The notes: a model not told the origin generated them from the letters alone. Positions 1 through 14,279 are shown, numbered from the stretch's first letter. The stretch is 64,000 bases of DNA from Octopus vulgaris (GCA_951406725.2 OX597827.1:25916001-25980000), one strand, 5' to 3'. Numbers and translations: made by a program.

Positions 1-14
1 TTGGATTAACTTTA

Positions 15-115
<101 letters not shown>

Positions 116-124
116 ATGTATATA

Positions 125-406
125 TATACAAATATTCTATAATTATAAACATAATTATAATTAGGGGTCAGCTAATTGTTTCACCGCATACCGAATTTAG
201 AAATTAGAATTTAAAAAATTCCTTTTCTACTACTCTAAGAATCTCCACGACAGTAACACACCACTAATTAGAATTATGTTTATAATTATAGAATATTTGT
301 ATAATTTTATCTATAAAGGTCATTTTAATGTACCGATCTACTTGGCAAAATTATTAATTAATTGATTGATTAATTAATTTTATTAATGAATTTTACCCTT
401 TTATTA

Positions 407-410
<4 letters not shown>
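125..410. mobile_element. Inverted-end remnant of the same non-coding Penelope/retrozyme-like family as 32221-32802, between (TA)n tracts
   Basis: Perfect 30-bp inverted repeat 127-156 / 272-301. 135-250 resembles 32225-32340 directly, and 272-400 resembles the reverse complement of 32676-32790. Confidence 0.7.
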
Positions 411-448
<38 letters not shown>

Positions 449-544
449 TACATATTGGTAAACAAACCCGAAGTTTTCGTTAGATACGGAGGAAGAACGC
501 CTATGAAAGTCTTTTATGCAATAATAACTATATTATGATTTATG

Positions 545-572
545 ATAATAATAATATATATATACTTAGTTA

Positions 573-631
<59 letters not shown>

Positions 632-697
632 GTATGTATATATACATATATATATACATATACATATACACACACACACACATATATATATATATAT

Positions 698-765
<68 letters not shown>
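545..765. repeat. Compound (TA)n/(TATG)n/(CA)n microsatellite
   Basis: Directly visible; source of the YIYI ORFs. Confidence 0.97.
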
Positions 766-768
<3 letters not shown>

Positions 769-1849
769 TTTAATACACGCACTCTTGAGCACTTGAAAAT
801 TTTTTAACATGAACTCCACTCTTTTGACGAAAACGCAAGAAATTGAGAAATTGTGCATGACTGCATTTGTAAATCTCTAGATTTGTTTTTGTGGAGAAAA
901 TGAATAAATAAGTATAACAAATAGAAAAATCATGTTTGGTGAAGCTTCACATTCTCATTAGTCTGGGAGCGATAAAAAAGGTCACAGAAATAAATATATA
1001 ATGTTTTACAATGTTAAATACGATCATCAGAAGATTTCAAGCAAAAGCTATTGTGATCCTTTTGAAGTACAAGAAAGATCTCCCTATAGAGATAGTCTGA
1101 TAGTATACAGAGCTTTATTGTTATATATGAAGAGGTCACTAGTAGAATTCCTCAAGCGAATAAAAACGGAGAAAGAAAAATAAAAGAGAAACATAGAAGA
1201 GAATTAAGGAAACTGCCAGAATAAACATGGTACATATACAATCATCGAACGCCGGCATAAAACCATTCCTTAACAACAGGATGTCTTGTACAAAACTAAA
1301 TGTCACTGACCACTACTACAAGTTCTTATCGAATATTCTAAAATGTCAGAGATCTTTTAGTGAAATATCACAAAGCATAATTCTCACTATATAGAATTCT
1401 TTGGCTTATTTCGGATACATACATACATACACACATACGAGCGCGTGTGTGTATGTGTGTAAATGTGCGTGTGTGAGTGTGTGTGTATGTGTGTATGAGT
1501 GCATGAGTGCGCGAGTGCGTGTGGGTGTATAACAAAAACAAAGGCAGCAGCAAAGGAAATAACGACATTATCTGATACAAAGACGACAGTGAAGAAATAA
1601 TAAACATAACAAATTCATTTTAAGACAGAAAAATTGTTTGAAAATTATAACACGATTTTTGTACGTTGCCATCGTAGAAAAACAATTTTAAAATAATTTT
1701 GCTAAAAAAATAATCTACTTTCGAAATATTACTGGATGTTTGTTTCTAATAACAGTGGAAATAAGATGATGAATATATACATACATACATACATACAATC
1801 ATACGTATCTATATATTCATATATATATATATATATATATTAATCAGAA

Positions 1850-1960
1850 TACTACGATGATCCGGTTCTTGACAAGACTGAGGGTTTCGAATGTCCTGTC
1901 CGTGTTTATTGTGTCGTCTTCTAAGAGTTATACGTTCTTGTCCATGTTGTATTTTTCTAC

Positions 1961-1968
<8 letters not shown>
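1850..1968. repeat. Fragment of an unclassified dispersed repeat next to (TA)n (other copies 12235-12362 and, inverted, 36577-36660)
   Basis: Shared motif GATCCGGTTCTTGA...TTCGAATG.CC.GTCCGTGTTT. Confidence 0.6.
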
Positions 1969-1991
<23 letters not shown>

Positions 1992-2018
1992 GCAAGTATA
2001 TGAATATGTATACACACA

Positions 2019-2072
<54 letters not shown>

Positions 2073-2154
2073 CACATACACACGCAGATATATATATATA
2101 TAAATGTACATCTACAGTCATGTGTTCATAAGTACATCCGTTCTCAAATATATA

Positions 2155-2227
<73 letters not shown>

Positions 2228-2852
2228 ATGTAAAATATATATGTGTATATATGAGTATGTATTTATATATGTGTGTGTCTATCTATATCTATATATATAT
2301 ACACACATATTTATGTATGTATATATACGTACGTTTATGTAACAGTATGTATGTGTGTTTTTTTCATTCGGTTATTATTTCAAATCTTCCTATATATATA
2401 TATATAAAGAACTGTTTATGTATCTATATTAACTTATTTATTTATTAATTCGTTCTGTTATGCTAAAACATACATCACAAACTTAGGAACTTCGATAACA
2501 AAATAGAAAAGATATTGAATATTAGAAATGTTTTCATATCATCATTGTTCCGTTTACAAATGGAATTCTCTGCATACAAGTTGGGTTTTTGCAATCTGTT
2601 GCTGTAACAGTTACTGAAACACGTGCACCAAATAGTATAGGTGAAAATTTCAATATATAACCTGGTTAGTAAATGTGTAGATTCCGAAGCAATCGACTGT
2701 ACTCGTTTTCCTCGACGCCAGAAGAGCTTGTCATTAAAACGTAACGTACAAATAGCTTTTGTTATTCTTCAGTTTTCTGCCTTACGTACGCAAATATAGA
2801 CTTGGTGTGTTAAAATTTACTCGATGTTTTGATAGGTATTGTCAGATAATGT

Positions 2853-3088
2853 TTATTATTTCTTTATTGCCCACAATGGGCTAAACATAGACGGGACCAA
2901 CAAGGACAGACAAACGGATTAAGTCGATTACATAGATCCCAGTGCTTCACTGGTACCTAATTTATCGACCCCGAAAGGATGAAAGGCAAAGTCGACCTCG
3001 GCGGAATTTGAACTTAGAATGTAAAGACAGACGAAACACCGTTATGCATTTCGTCCGACGTGGTAAGGTTTCTGCCAGCTCCCCACCT
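2853..3088 (-). mobile_element. tRNA-derived SINE family B (Nin-domain-like core CCTTTCATCCTTTCGGGGTCGATAAA)
   Basis: Reverse complement matches the copy at 13253-13660 from head to tail. Confidence 0.85.
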
Positions 3089-3634
3089 TATGTCAACTTA
3101 TGTTTCTATGGTTGCAGATGTGTCATTATACAAAACACATACAAAACACACATACACACGCACACACACACACGCTTGCGCGCGCGCACAATTTTACACG
3201 AATTTACACACAACCGCAACTACACACACACATACGCACGCACACACACATAGACACACGCATAAACACAGACATAAACGCGCAAATAAACACACACCCT
3301 TTGTATCCTTCTTCATCACAATTCTTGGCAACTTCTGTTTTCAGCTTCTCTTATCTGTTATGAATGTTTTGAGGTTGTTTGCATCTCTGTCGCATGAAGG
3401 ATAAGTGAGGGAGTAAACTCTTATTCGTTGGCTTGCTTCTCATTTGTCTTCATAATTTCTTCACAACAAAATATCTACGTAAAATGCTATATTTTTATCG
3501 TTTAGCAAATTTTCCAATCATCGTTTCTATAGAATTTTACGTTGAAGACAATTCGCGAAATAAAAAAAATAACAAAGTAAAACGTGGCTTAAAATTAACA
3601 CTACTAAGTTATATTAATAATACTTTCATCTATA

Positions 3635-3945
3635 GACGAGGCCTGAATTCTGTGGAGAGGGAGCTAGTCGATAGCATCATCCCGAAACAACTAAAGGCAA
3701 ATATGGCCTCGGAGGAATTTGAACTCAGAACGTAAAGGCGACAGACATGCTGTAAAGCGTTTTTGTACAACATTCTGGTTTCTGCCAGCTCGCCGCTTAA
3801 GATCCAATAGTGTTACGCCGAGGTCGACTTTACCTTTCATCCTTTCGGGGCCGACGAATTAAGTACCAGTTGCGTACTGGGGTCGATCTAATCGACTGGC
3901 CCCCTCCCCAAATTTCGAGCCTTGTGCCTAGAGTAGAAGAGGATA
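3635..3945. mobile_element. Two divergently oriented SINE family B fragments (minus 3635-3800, plus 3815-3945)
   Basis: GGAATTTGAACTCAGAACGTAA...TCTGCCAGCTCGCCGC, then CGCCGAGGTCGACTTTACCTTTCATCCTTTCGGGG. Confidence 0.8.
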
Positions 3946-5690
3946 TATGGTTGATGGGAAAACTAATTTGTGACTAAATCCAGGTAACTGTTATGCACAA
4001 CTAGAGCAGAAATGCCAGTATAGGAGCTAGCGCTCGGTTGTCCGATCTGTCAGAAGCGAGTAACATCTTGAAATCTCTGGTCTACAGTCTTAAATGAATG
4101 CTGCATGAAAGAATAAAGACATGACGGTCAGTGATTGGAAGATTCGTTTATGTTTGCTTAGTCAGGTCTTTCCTGGGGCTAAACAACAACGAATATGAGA
4201 TACAAAGGTTGACTGAGAATCTCATAGTTCTTTGTTATCTGGAAGCATAACTCACAACAGACATTGAAAGCGAAAACTTTTATTTCTGTTTTGCTGTTGA
4301 CAAACCACAATAACTGATCGAAAACATATCTTTAGTTATCGAGAAGCGGAAGATGGTATTTAGAGATAAATATTTTATATACCTGGAAAACTACACTCAT
4401 TTTTCCATCTATTCTGCGATAAAAAAAAGAAGCCTTGAAGTAATGCAATGAACATAACTCTTATTGCGATGTTATTTGAAGCTTGCATTTACTTCCATTT
4501 TATCCGGCTTAACAATTTTGCTTTGCAACAGTGCATCTACTAAGAAATTCTTCATAAATAAAGAATATACATGTAGATTGTTTATATATTTGCCTAAAAC
4601 AAAAGTCATAATCTCTGACAAAAATTTCCGAAAAAGTCTGTTGGAAAATCTTTCTAGGTCTAGCTTAGCATCTATGAGCTTATATTACAGGTAATATATA
4701 ATGCGAGAAAATAGCATTATCTTTTACTAAAGACAATCCTTGATAAATTATTTACTACGTTAGAGATTAAACAACATTTTTGTATAATATATCGTTGCTT
4801 TATCTCACTAATATATACAACAGACATGAAAACGAAATAGTAAAAAAAATGTTTGCTTAACTGAGAGTGCATTATATACTTTCCCGGATTTGTTATCTAT
4901 GTTATCGACTTAAATAAACTTATCGTATTTCTATAAAGATTTTCTGCCCTGAAAACCTGATTTTACAGGACAAATAGAAACTCTAACTTGGAGCATACGT
5001 TAAAACATCAAAAATATGGTTAAGAAAGTATTTAAAAACATATTTTTATGGAGCCGCGTCAAATTGTAGGAAACGTATCAGTGAAATATTTCTGAAAAAT
5101 CATGAAGGAAATCAAAATAATTGCTCCATGTATAAACTACAAAATGGTACGAAACGAATGCATTTCTGTATAGGACTTTGACGAGAAATTTTGAATTGCA
5201 TCTTCCATCACTTCTACAGGGTATCACCTATCACATCATGCAGTAAATCTTTCTATAAACAATCATTCCTCTTTACAACAATTTTCCTTCTTTTAAGATC
5301 CTGAACAATACTCAAGTAAGGGAGATTTTCAAATACATTAATTCGTCCGGTCCATAGATTCTTGTAAAACACACATTCTGCTTCTTCTACAGAGTATGTG
5401 CGTGTGTGTGTCTGTATGCATATATATATATATATATGTATATATACAAGATAAGAAAATGGAGAAATACATCTAAATCAAATATCAATTACCAGATAAT
5501 ACTCAATCACATACTTTATTAGACCACCACATAAGAGACTGTAGGGTTAAATATAAAAAGCCGAACAAATCAGTGTACATAAAGGAATGTACATAAAAAA
5601 GTGTACATAAAAGAGTAATGTTGTATAATAATTAGAATATATTTAAAAAGAATATAAATACAAGTAAATATAAATATAAGTATGAATTAG

Positions 5691-5818
5691 ATCTTACAGC
5701 TGTTTCGGCCATGTCGATAATTATGTCTCATTTTACCAATATTAGCCCTTTATGGCTGGTCAATATATAGATATAAATGAGACATTAACAAAAAATATCA
5801 CAAGGCCTCTTCGGAGAT
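5691..5818 (-). ncRNA. Type-I hammerhead ribozyme motif with ~100-nt helix II domain (core U4->C variant)
   Basis: Minus strand: ATCT-CCGAAGA-GGCC...GGCC-GAAA-CAGCTG-TA-AGAT. Helix I ATCT/AGAT, internal 11-bp stem ATGTCTCATTT/AAATGAGACAT. Confidence 0.8.
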
Positions 5819-6993
5819 TATGTAATATAACACAGTCTACACATATACCCACATGGGTGTGGGTGCGTACCCACAATACAACATATATATATATACATAT
5901 GAGTGCATATACTCACACTCCTATACATATATAAAAAAATATACATTTACATAATGATATAAATAAATAATATAAATTAGTAAACATATATATGTGTTCC
6001 ACACCCAATGTCTCAGTTTTTCGACTTAATATTGTGATAATAAACATATACAAATTAATACCTAGGTGTAAATATACATAGTCAATAGTACATTATATTA
6101 CTTCATAATAGTTTCCAAAGTGTCATTAAAGTTAGTATCATTATCGTTGTCAATACAATTAATGTTATCATCGTTATCATTCATAATATTATTAATAACT
6201 CTTACATTATGATCCAGAGCAGAATATATGTATGTCCGTGTTCCAGTTAATAATTTTCCTTATGGCATAAATATACTATTGGATTTGAATTTAAAATTAT
6301 CATTATCTTCCTCACGGTTGGTCAATTGAGAACCGCCCGACCTCCACCACACCGTACAAGCAAAACATACACATCCACATCTAACCCTAAACCCATACAT
6401 CTACACAGAGACTCACACACACATGTACACACACAGGAATACACCCCGACACCTCTCTACAATAAATTGGAGAGTGCATGTCTGTCATCGTGTTGCTTAT
6501 AGACATATCAGTTCAGGCAGCAGTGTCTAACACTAACACACACACTCACACGCACATCCGCATATACGCATAAATATTAATACACTTTCCTATACTGTGT
6601 CAGGGAACTTTCGCACACACATATATATATATATATTTAAATATATATCTGCGCACTCATACGTACAAATAAAACCCATATTTATATCTACCCATGAATG
6701 AATATTCGCATATACATATATACACATCCAAGCACGCACCTGCGTGCCTATATGTTTGATGAAAACATACATCCGTACATCCACCCACGACCCTACATAT
6801 ATGTACAAAAACATATATACTTACACATACACATTTTCACACACCTACAGAGGTTACTATTAATTTAGAATAAGTTTATTAATTATAAGTTAAACTAATT
6901 ATAGATTAGTAAGTGCCAAATAAACTTCACTAGCAGTATATTGGATATACGTTATCCCATAGAGGGTTGCATTTACAACCCCTATCTCAATTT

Positions 6994-7174
<181 letters not shown>

Positions 7175-7429
7175 ATAGAAATATGTTACAAAAACTACAC
7201 GTGGAAATGTAAGGGGTAAATAAGAAGAAAAATAAGCGAAAATGCACATTGGAAATCAAAAAGAATAAATAATTTTTATGAAAGGTAACGATACCTATAT
7301 ACAATTAGATGAACTGAGGTAGGAATAAAAGTAATAAAAATCATTATTGTGAATTATTAGACAGATTCATAAGCATACCGGTTTCGTGAATTTACTAATC
7401 ATTGCTTTGAATGCACACCGACCCATCGG

Positions 7430-8780
7430 TGCATTTGCGTCTGCCTTTGGGTGGTGCAAGTCAGCACCTTAGGGATTTTCCTGTCAATCTTCCTTATTTC
7501 GCCCATATTCCAGTTAAACACACTGCAACTGTAAATAACAGCAGGAATTGCTAAGGAATTTGTAGCTAACACCTTGTTACGTGCATTGAACTCGGATTTT
7601 AGGACTGCTCGAACTCTCCTGTAACACTCCTTCCCGATCTTCTCTTTCATACTTGCATGTTGAATGCCAGATCCCTCATTTATTCCGAGGTATTTGTAAG
7701 TTTGTTCCTGCTCGAGTTTTTTTATGACTGTGTCAACATCTAACACCACTGAATGTGATGTCTTCAGTTTCCCTTTCTGGAGAGTGGCCTTGGCACATTT
7801 GTCAAGACTAAATTCCATCCCAGTGTCATCACTGAATGCTTTCATAGTACGTAGTAGTCCTTCAAGCTCATTATCGTCTTTGCCTATTGTTTTAAGTCAT
7901 CCATATAAAATAGATGACTTATTTTCTTATCGCCAATTTTATATCCATACCCTGTTCTGTTAAGTACACTTGCAAGTGGTATTAGGGCTATGCAGAAAAT
8001 TAAAGTTGAAAATGAGTTACATTGGAAAATGTATCAGTTAATATTAATATTTTTTTGTGGTCAGTAATCCATTAGTGTAGTATAATTGGAGATTCGTATT
8101 CCACACTGACATGTACTTCAGGACGCTTGAAATTACAGGACAAAGTTTGAAGATATCCATGATTTCAAAATCCATGAATGCGGTGTGCTGTTAAAGGTCT
8201 TTTTATAATCAATCCATGCGGAATTGAGATTTCTGCGTTTGTAATGGCAGTTCTCAAGGATCATGCGATTGATTAAGAGTTGGTCTTTGCATGCATCTAA
8301 TCCTCGTCGGCCCCCTTTTTTTCCAGTGGAGGGAAATAGCGTTCTGTTCCATAAATTTGCAAGTTTTCTCCACAAGGATGGATGTTAAAATTTTATACAT
8401 GGTAGATAGACATTTTATGGGCCGATACTTTTGGGCAAATTTGGTCTCATTATTCTTCGGGAGTGGGTAATTAACACCTCTTGCTAACCAATCAGGTGTT
8501 TTCGTAGGATCTCTCATAATTTCATTGAATAACTGGACTAACTTTTTGTGTGCGCACGGAAGTCAGGCGAGCCAGAAGTTTGACATCCTATCATTGCCAG
8601 GAGTATCATCTTTAGGTCTGCTATTGTGGTGTCTTCCCAGGCTTGTTCTGGTAAGTTTTGGTGGGATACATCTGTGTGCTTCATCCAGTCTGCATTTTCA
8701 TTGTAACTCTTTTCATTACTCCAGATATTTTTCCAGAAGTTTTCAAATTTTTCTATGGCAGGCGGTTTTGTTCTTAGAAT
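7430..8780 (-). pseudogene. Decayed reverse transcriptase of an RLE-type (R4/Dong-like) non-LTR retrotransposon
   Basis: Frameshifted motifs in order: PGND..SNFWL, YRPIKCLSTMYKILTSIL, CKDQLLIN, AWIDYKK, HLFYMDDLK (~7891-7917), GMEFSLDKCA, YKYLGI. Confidence 0.92.
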
Positions 8781-9169
8781 AAAAAGGATGGTTATATTTT
8801 CGAATACTCAGGGTGAGAGGACAGGATGGGTATTCACAGAAGTTGTAGATATTAGAGTTTTTAAAGATGATCGATTGATTGTTCAAAAACTGCAGGTATG
8901 CAAGTTTCTAAACTTGTTTTGAGGGAAATTTAAAATACACACAGGAAATTGTTGATATTCCAATCTGAGTGTTATTTTTCAGTTGACCTACTGGGTTGTA
9001 TTAGTGTTTCTGTGTTTGTGTGTCTTCGGTTGCTAACTGGTCATAGCAGCGAAGAACACGCGCAGCCGCTGTCAAGGCTGGCGCGCTCCTTTTCTCCTCC
9101 TCATCCTCCTCCTCCTCTTCCTCCTCTTCTTCTTCTTCTTCTTCTTCTTCTTCTCCTCCTCCTTCTTAC

Positions 9170-9415
9170 AATCACTCGCCGAGACACACCTAGCGTCCTA
9201 GGGCGAGTGAAGCATAAGAGATGTTACAGTATGACTGAAAACCAAGGAAGGCGATGTGGTAGAGTCAGTGGCGAAATATCTGCATGTAATACAACACATA
9301 TTTAAATTGATAGGGTTTTTCTTAGGATGTGGGCAGTATTTGTCAGCACAATCTTTTGGAATTCTCTGAGACATGGTTCTCATGGGATATTATCTAGATA
9401 TTTCTGACATTCCCT
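9170..9415 (-). mobile_element. Probable 3' end of an RLE-type LINE subfamily
   Basis: Degenerate C-terminal-like coding remnant followed by a short UTR; bounded by simple repeats. Confidence 0.4.
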
Positions 9416-9481
9416 TGTTGTTGTTATTGTTGTTGTTCTTGTTGTTCTTGTTCTTCTTGTTCTTCTTCTTCTTCAGTTGTC

Positions 9482-9800
9482 TCATTTTTATAACGTGCTT
9501 TCACTGCACTACCTATCGCAGCTCTGTGTGACTTGGGTATGTGCTGTGGTTTGTTGTTTTACTCTTATTTTCACCGTGTTTTACATAGGATGTGTGCAGT
9601 GCCTAATAGTACTATTTTCTGTATGATATATATACTTGTTAGTCTTGCAGTTTTTGTTATATATTTATCTGAATATTTCTTTATCATACCTAATGCGCCT
9701 TCTATGATAGGAATTGTTTCCGTTTTTACACTCCACATTCGAGTTACCTCTATTTCCAGGTCTTTTGCAGTTCGAAACATTCTTCGTTTCTTTTAGAGAA
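9482..9800 (-). mobile_element. 5'-truncated 3' end of R4/Dong-like LINE (same subfamily as 24141-25635)
   Basis: KDLEIEVTRMWSVKTETIPIIEGALG...QKIVLLGTAHIL plus the 3'UTR CACAGCACATACCCAAG..ACACAGAGCTGCG shared with 25545-25630. Confidence 0.92.
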
Positions 9801-9879
9801 ACAATTTAGGGGAGGGGAGTAGTCAATACCTTCGAAATCAGAGGTCAACTGGTACTTAATCACGGGTTCAAGGTAAACT

Positions 9880-10985
9880 TTACCGGCATGGATGTGCTGT
9901 AAGACGGGCTTCTCGAGGAGCGCGCAGTCTCGGAAGCGTTCTGCACGCACTCGTTCAGTGACCGGGCATTGCTGACTTGTGGGTTTATGTTGAACAGCTG
10001 CTATCACGCTTGAGACGGATCTGTCTGTCGGCTGAGTCTGTAATGATGATCCCTCTCCCGTCCTCTTTCAATAGGGCAGGCAAGGCAGTTTTCCTTTGCC
10101 TTGTGGCTGTGGCGAAAGTAGTTGTTTGGTGGACTTGGCTGAAAGACATGCGGACAGATACTTTCCTCTATGGTAGAACTCTCATTGACTTCAGATTTCA
10201 CTTGAAAATAAAATTGAGAGTGGAGAGGGAATTGCTCTCCTCGAGTGGGTTTATTGAAAGGTGGGTGAAAATTGCGAAAATTGTGAATCAGAGAGAAGGA
10301 ATTGGAGAGGACACTTGCTCCTAGGGTTTCAGGGAAATCTCGGACAGTAGAGTTCCTCGATTATTCCTAGAGGCCTTACTATATCAGGAGGGCCACATCT
10401 CTATCACCCTCCCCGCCACTTTTTTAAACCTTTGCATTCTATGCATATGCCCCTTCTTTTTCAGTGTATACCGTGTATAATTTCTTTCCATTTTTTTAAT
10501 TATTTCATTACATGTAACCCCCCCCCACACTCTTTATGTCTGTCTTCGTATTGTCCATCTCATCCTTCATTCTCGTGGCAATAAAACGAAAACATTATTA
10601 TTATTATTATCATCGTGAAGATCGCCCCGCCGCCCTCCTTTAGCTGAGAAGGAAAGGGAGTCTTCTCCATTTGTTGAAAGGTGGGTGAATGTGGCGAGGA
10701 TGAGCCGTGTGAATGGGCCTATTCTGAGCTTTCGTTTGTAAACCGAAGGTGTTTGAGAAAAGGGAGGGGCCTGCCGAGGTGCATCTGGCGGTCCAGGATA
10801 TCCAAAATGTGTGGGGTTACTCGGTTACCCCTGTGACAAACTCTCCCCTTTTAGGGAATTTTATTGTTTAATTGCTTTGTTAATCGTTTTTGTTGTTGTA
10901 TACACAGCATTGTTCAACATCCCATTTGTCCCTTGTATTGTATCGTCCCTATTTGTGTTCGGTCCTTGTGGCGAATTAGAGAAAG
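9880..10985 (+). mobile_element. Two adjacent 3' fragments of a Tx1/L1-like LINE
   Basis: Degenerate zinc-knuckle region (..ESVLHALVQ*P..W..V) then LVAVAKVVVWW...FIERWVK. AATAAA and (ATT)n tail at ~10580. TTGAAAGGTGGGTGAA recurs at ~10675. Confidence 0.6.
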
Positions 10986-11004
10986 TATTATTATTATCAT
11001 TCTA

Positions 11005-11052
<48 letters not shown>

Positions 11053-11577
11053 GAACAGTTACTGCTGTTCGATTAGGAAGGTAATTAAATATTTCAATAT
11101 TGCCGTTTTGTAAATAAAAAACTTGAAAAGGAAGTGTGCTTATCATATATGTAGTTTTGTAACGAAATTCAAATTACGAACATCGATGAGATTAAGTATA
11201 TTGGCTTTTCTAATTGAAATACATAATTAAAAACTGTAATTACAGCTTTTTTCCTGTACACATATAGATATTTTGATTGCAGCTAAAGTTCAAGATAATT
11301 GCTTGCTCAAAGTAAAATTGTTAAGTTGTTTGTTAATGAAGTTATATTCTATAACCAAAAATTTGTGACTTGCATAGTTAAATAAGTTTTTGTGGTTAAT
11401 TACATGAATTCCATTTCACTTTATTGATTTTGGGAAGCTTAGCTGTGGCCATGTTTTTTTTTTTTTTCTGCAATTTAACGTGAACCGTTAAATTTGATGC
11501 GGTTAGGCATTCCGTTCAACACTGGGAAGTGTCAACGGTTACAAAAATACGAAAATAACTTAAAATGAAATATAAAC

Positions 11578-11737
11578 ATGCGTGGTTGTGTGGTGAGAAA
11601 TTTACTTCCCAAACACATGGTTCAGGGTTCAATCCCTATGCATGGAGCTTGGGTATGTATTTCCTATAATAGCCTCGGGCCGACGAAATCCTTGTGGGTG
11701 GATTTGGTAGACGGAAACAAAAAGAAGTCCGTCGTAT
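11578..11737 (+). mobile_element. SINE family A 5' half (tRNA head + CORE-like body)
   Basis: GTGGTTGTGTGGTGAG...GGGTTCAATCCC...GGATTTGGTAGACGGAAAC, ending in (TA)n. Confidence 0.85.
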
Positions 11738-11945
11738 ATATATATATTTCTATATTCTTATACTTCTAATATATCAATATATGTTTCACATTGGACAATT
11801 CTTATTTTATCCTAATGCAACCCGTATATCTATGTGTTAATCGTGGTCTGCCTGATTCGAGCCTTTTCTATTGTATCTGTTATACTTGTCTAGCGCATCG
11901 GGTTCAACTTGAGCACTTCTACGCTATGTATTTCGAAAGTAAATT

Positions 11946-11986
<41 letters not shown>

Positions 11987-12153
11987 TGTTGAATTGAAGA
12001 AATGGAGCTGAACGAAGATTGCACCAACGCACGGTTGCAACACCATATGGTTGTACCTCCAACCGTGCTGTCTTCTGCTGTGATTTTTGCTACCAAGGTA
12101 TCGGTTAAACTTTTGATTAATCTGCCACAAGCTTATTCATCCTTCTATTTCAC

Positions 12154-12210
<57 letters not shown>

Positions 12211-12644
12211 AAGTGTGGTTATCATATATTTAGTTTTGTACAAGGTTAACCAGCCGAAATTGCGAGGAAGATCCGGTTCTTGATTGCAGATTAAAGGCTT
12301 CGAATGACCCGTCCGTGTTTTTTGTATCGTCTATCTGGATGTTTTGCGTTCTTGTCCCATTTATATATATATGTTTGTGTGTGTGTGTGTGTATGTATGT
12401 ATATATGTGTGAGTGTGTGTATGTCTTTGAGTCTGTGTTTGTCATCCATCACCACTCGACAACTGGTGTTGTATTTACGTCCGCGTAACTTAGCAGTTTG
12501 GCAAAATAGATTGATAGAATAAGTATCAGGTTTAAAGAAGATGTGTCCCGGGGTTGATTTATTGATTTATTTGATAAAAATACTCAGACAGGGGATGATA
12601 AGCCGTTGAGTATCTCGCTTAGAATATATATATAATTTGAGTAA

Positions 12645-13025
12645 AGCGCAGGCGTGGCTGTGGTAAGAAGCTTGCTTCGCAACCACATGGTCCCGGGTTC
12701 AGATCCACTGCGTGGCACCTTGGACATGTGGCTTCTGCTATAGCCTTGGACCGACCAATGCTTTGTGAGTGGATGTTGTAGACGGAAACTGAAAGAAGCC
12801 TGTCGTATGTATCTATGTGTTTATCTTTGTGCCTGTGTTTGCCCCCATCACTATCGCTTGACAACCGATGTTGATGTGTTTACGTCCTCGTAACCAAGCG
12901 GTTCGGCAAAAGAGACAGATAGAATAAGTACTAGTCTTGCAAAGAATAAGTCCTGGGGCCATTTTTTGGACTAAAAGGCGGTGCTCCAGCATGGCCACAG
13001 TGAAATGACTGAAAGAAGTAAAAAT
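12645..13025 (+). mobile_element. SINE family A, full length
   Basis: A/B-box-like head, CCTTGGACATGTG core, tail CTCCAGCATGGCCACAGT..AATGACTGAAA; many near-identical copies in the window. Confidence 0.92.
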
Positions 13026-13252
13026 GTAAGTTGTCTACTTTTTCGTGGCCGGCCGCGATAAAATACGTATCGAACAGTGTCATTGCTGTTTGTATTTACG
13101 ACCTCGGAGACAACTGGGGGAAATGAATGACGAAATGCAAAAACTGATGAGAAAGCTTGCTACGGAAGACGAAAAGGGAAATAATGTTAAACTGGAAGAA
13201 GGATTAAATCTACCAACAATCAGCTGCAGAAAAGAATATTGTTTTCCACACA

Positions 13253-13660
13253 AAGGGCGGCGATCGGGCAGAAACGTTAGCACGCCGGGCGAGATGCTTA
13301 GCGGTATTTCGTTCAGAGTTCAAATTCAGCCGAGGTCGACTTTGCCTTTCATCCTTTCGGGGTCGATTAAATAAGTACCAGTTACACACTGTGGTCGATA
13401 TAATCAACTTAATCCGTTTGTCTGTCCTTGTTTGTCCTCTCTTTGTTTAGCCCCTTGTGGGTAGTAAAGAAACAGGTATTTCGTCTGCCGTTACGTTCTG
13501 AGTTCAAATTCCGCTGAGGTCGACTTTTTCTTTCATCCTTTAGGGGTCGATAAATTAGTACTAATTACGCACTGGGGTCGATGTAATAGACTTAATCCCC
13601 TTGTCTGTCCTTGTTTGTCCCTTCTGTGTTTAACCCCCTGTGGGCAAAAAATAAATAAAT
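13253..13660 (+). mobile_element. SINE family B with a tandem, 5'-truncated second copy
   Basis: 13302-13472 is repeated at 13475-13655. Confidence 0.9.
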
Positions 13661-13894
13661 ATTATTTTCCACACTATTTCGCTTTATTCTTTCCTTTATC
13701 CAAATTTCAGAGAGTTCGACAAGTCTGTTGTAGAAGACACCTCTACTCGAGTCGATCAAAGCCTTTATGTAGCATCCGAAATTACTAGAAATAGTGGCCA
13801 AATATACATTAAGTCACGCACTAAAGTCACAGAAAGAGGAAAAGCACATTGAGGAATGCAATCACTGATCGTTTAATACCAGCTGGCAAAAATG

Positions 13895-14080
13895 AGTTGT
13901 ACTTGTATTTCAAAGGGTCAGCCTTGTCACTCTCTGTGTCACGCTGATTATCCCCGAGAACTACGTTAAGGGTACACGTGTCTGTGGAATGCTCAGCCAT
14001 TTGCACGTTAATTTCACGAGCAAGCTGTTCCGTTGATCGTATCAGCTGGGACCCTCGTCGTCGTAACCGGCGGAGTCTTT
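13895..14080 (+). mobile_element. 3' part of SINE family D (also 49958-50205)
   Basis: CAGCCTTGTCAC.CT.TGTGTCACGCTGA...ACCCTCGTCGTCGTAACCG is shared between the copies. Confidence 0.75.
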
Positions 14081-14279
14081 TTTTTTTAATACCAGGAGAA
14101 ATAATACGAAGCACCTTTTCTGAAGCCATATAAATTCTGTCAGCTGGCTTCGCTTTATAAACTATTTAGAATAATATTCTATTCAGTTCTATATTTAAGA
14201 GATGAAGAATATTGTACATTATTTACATCGTTTCCATTGTTTACATTTGACGATATTTGTCCTCATCTTGTTTGTTGTT

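Noticed and set aside
2700-2776. Minus-strand CTGAAGA...GAAA
   Set aside because: No helix I complementarity.
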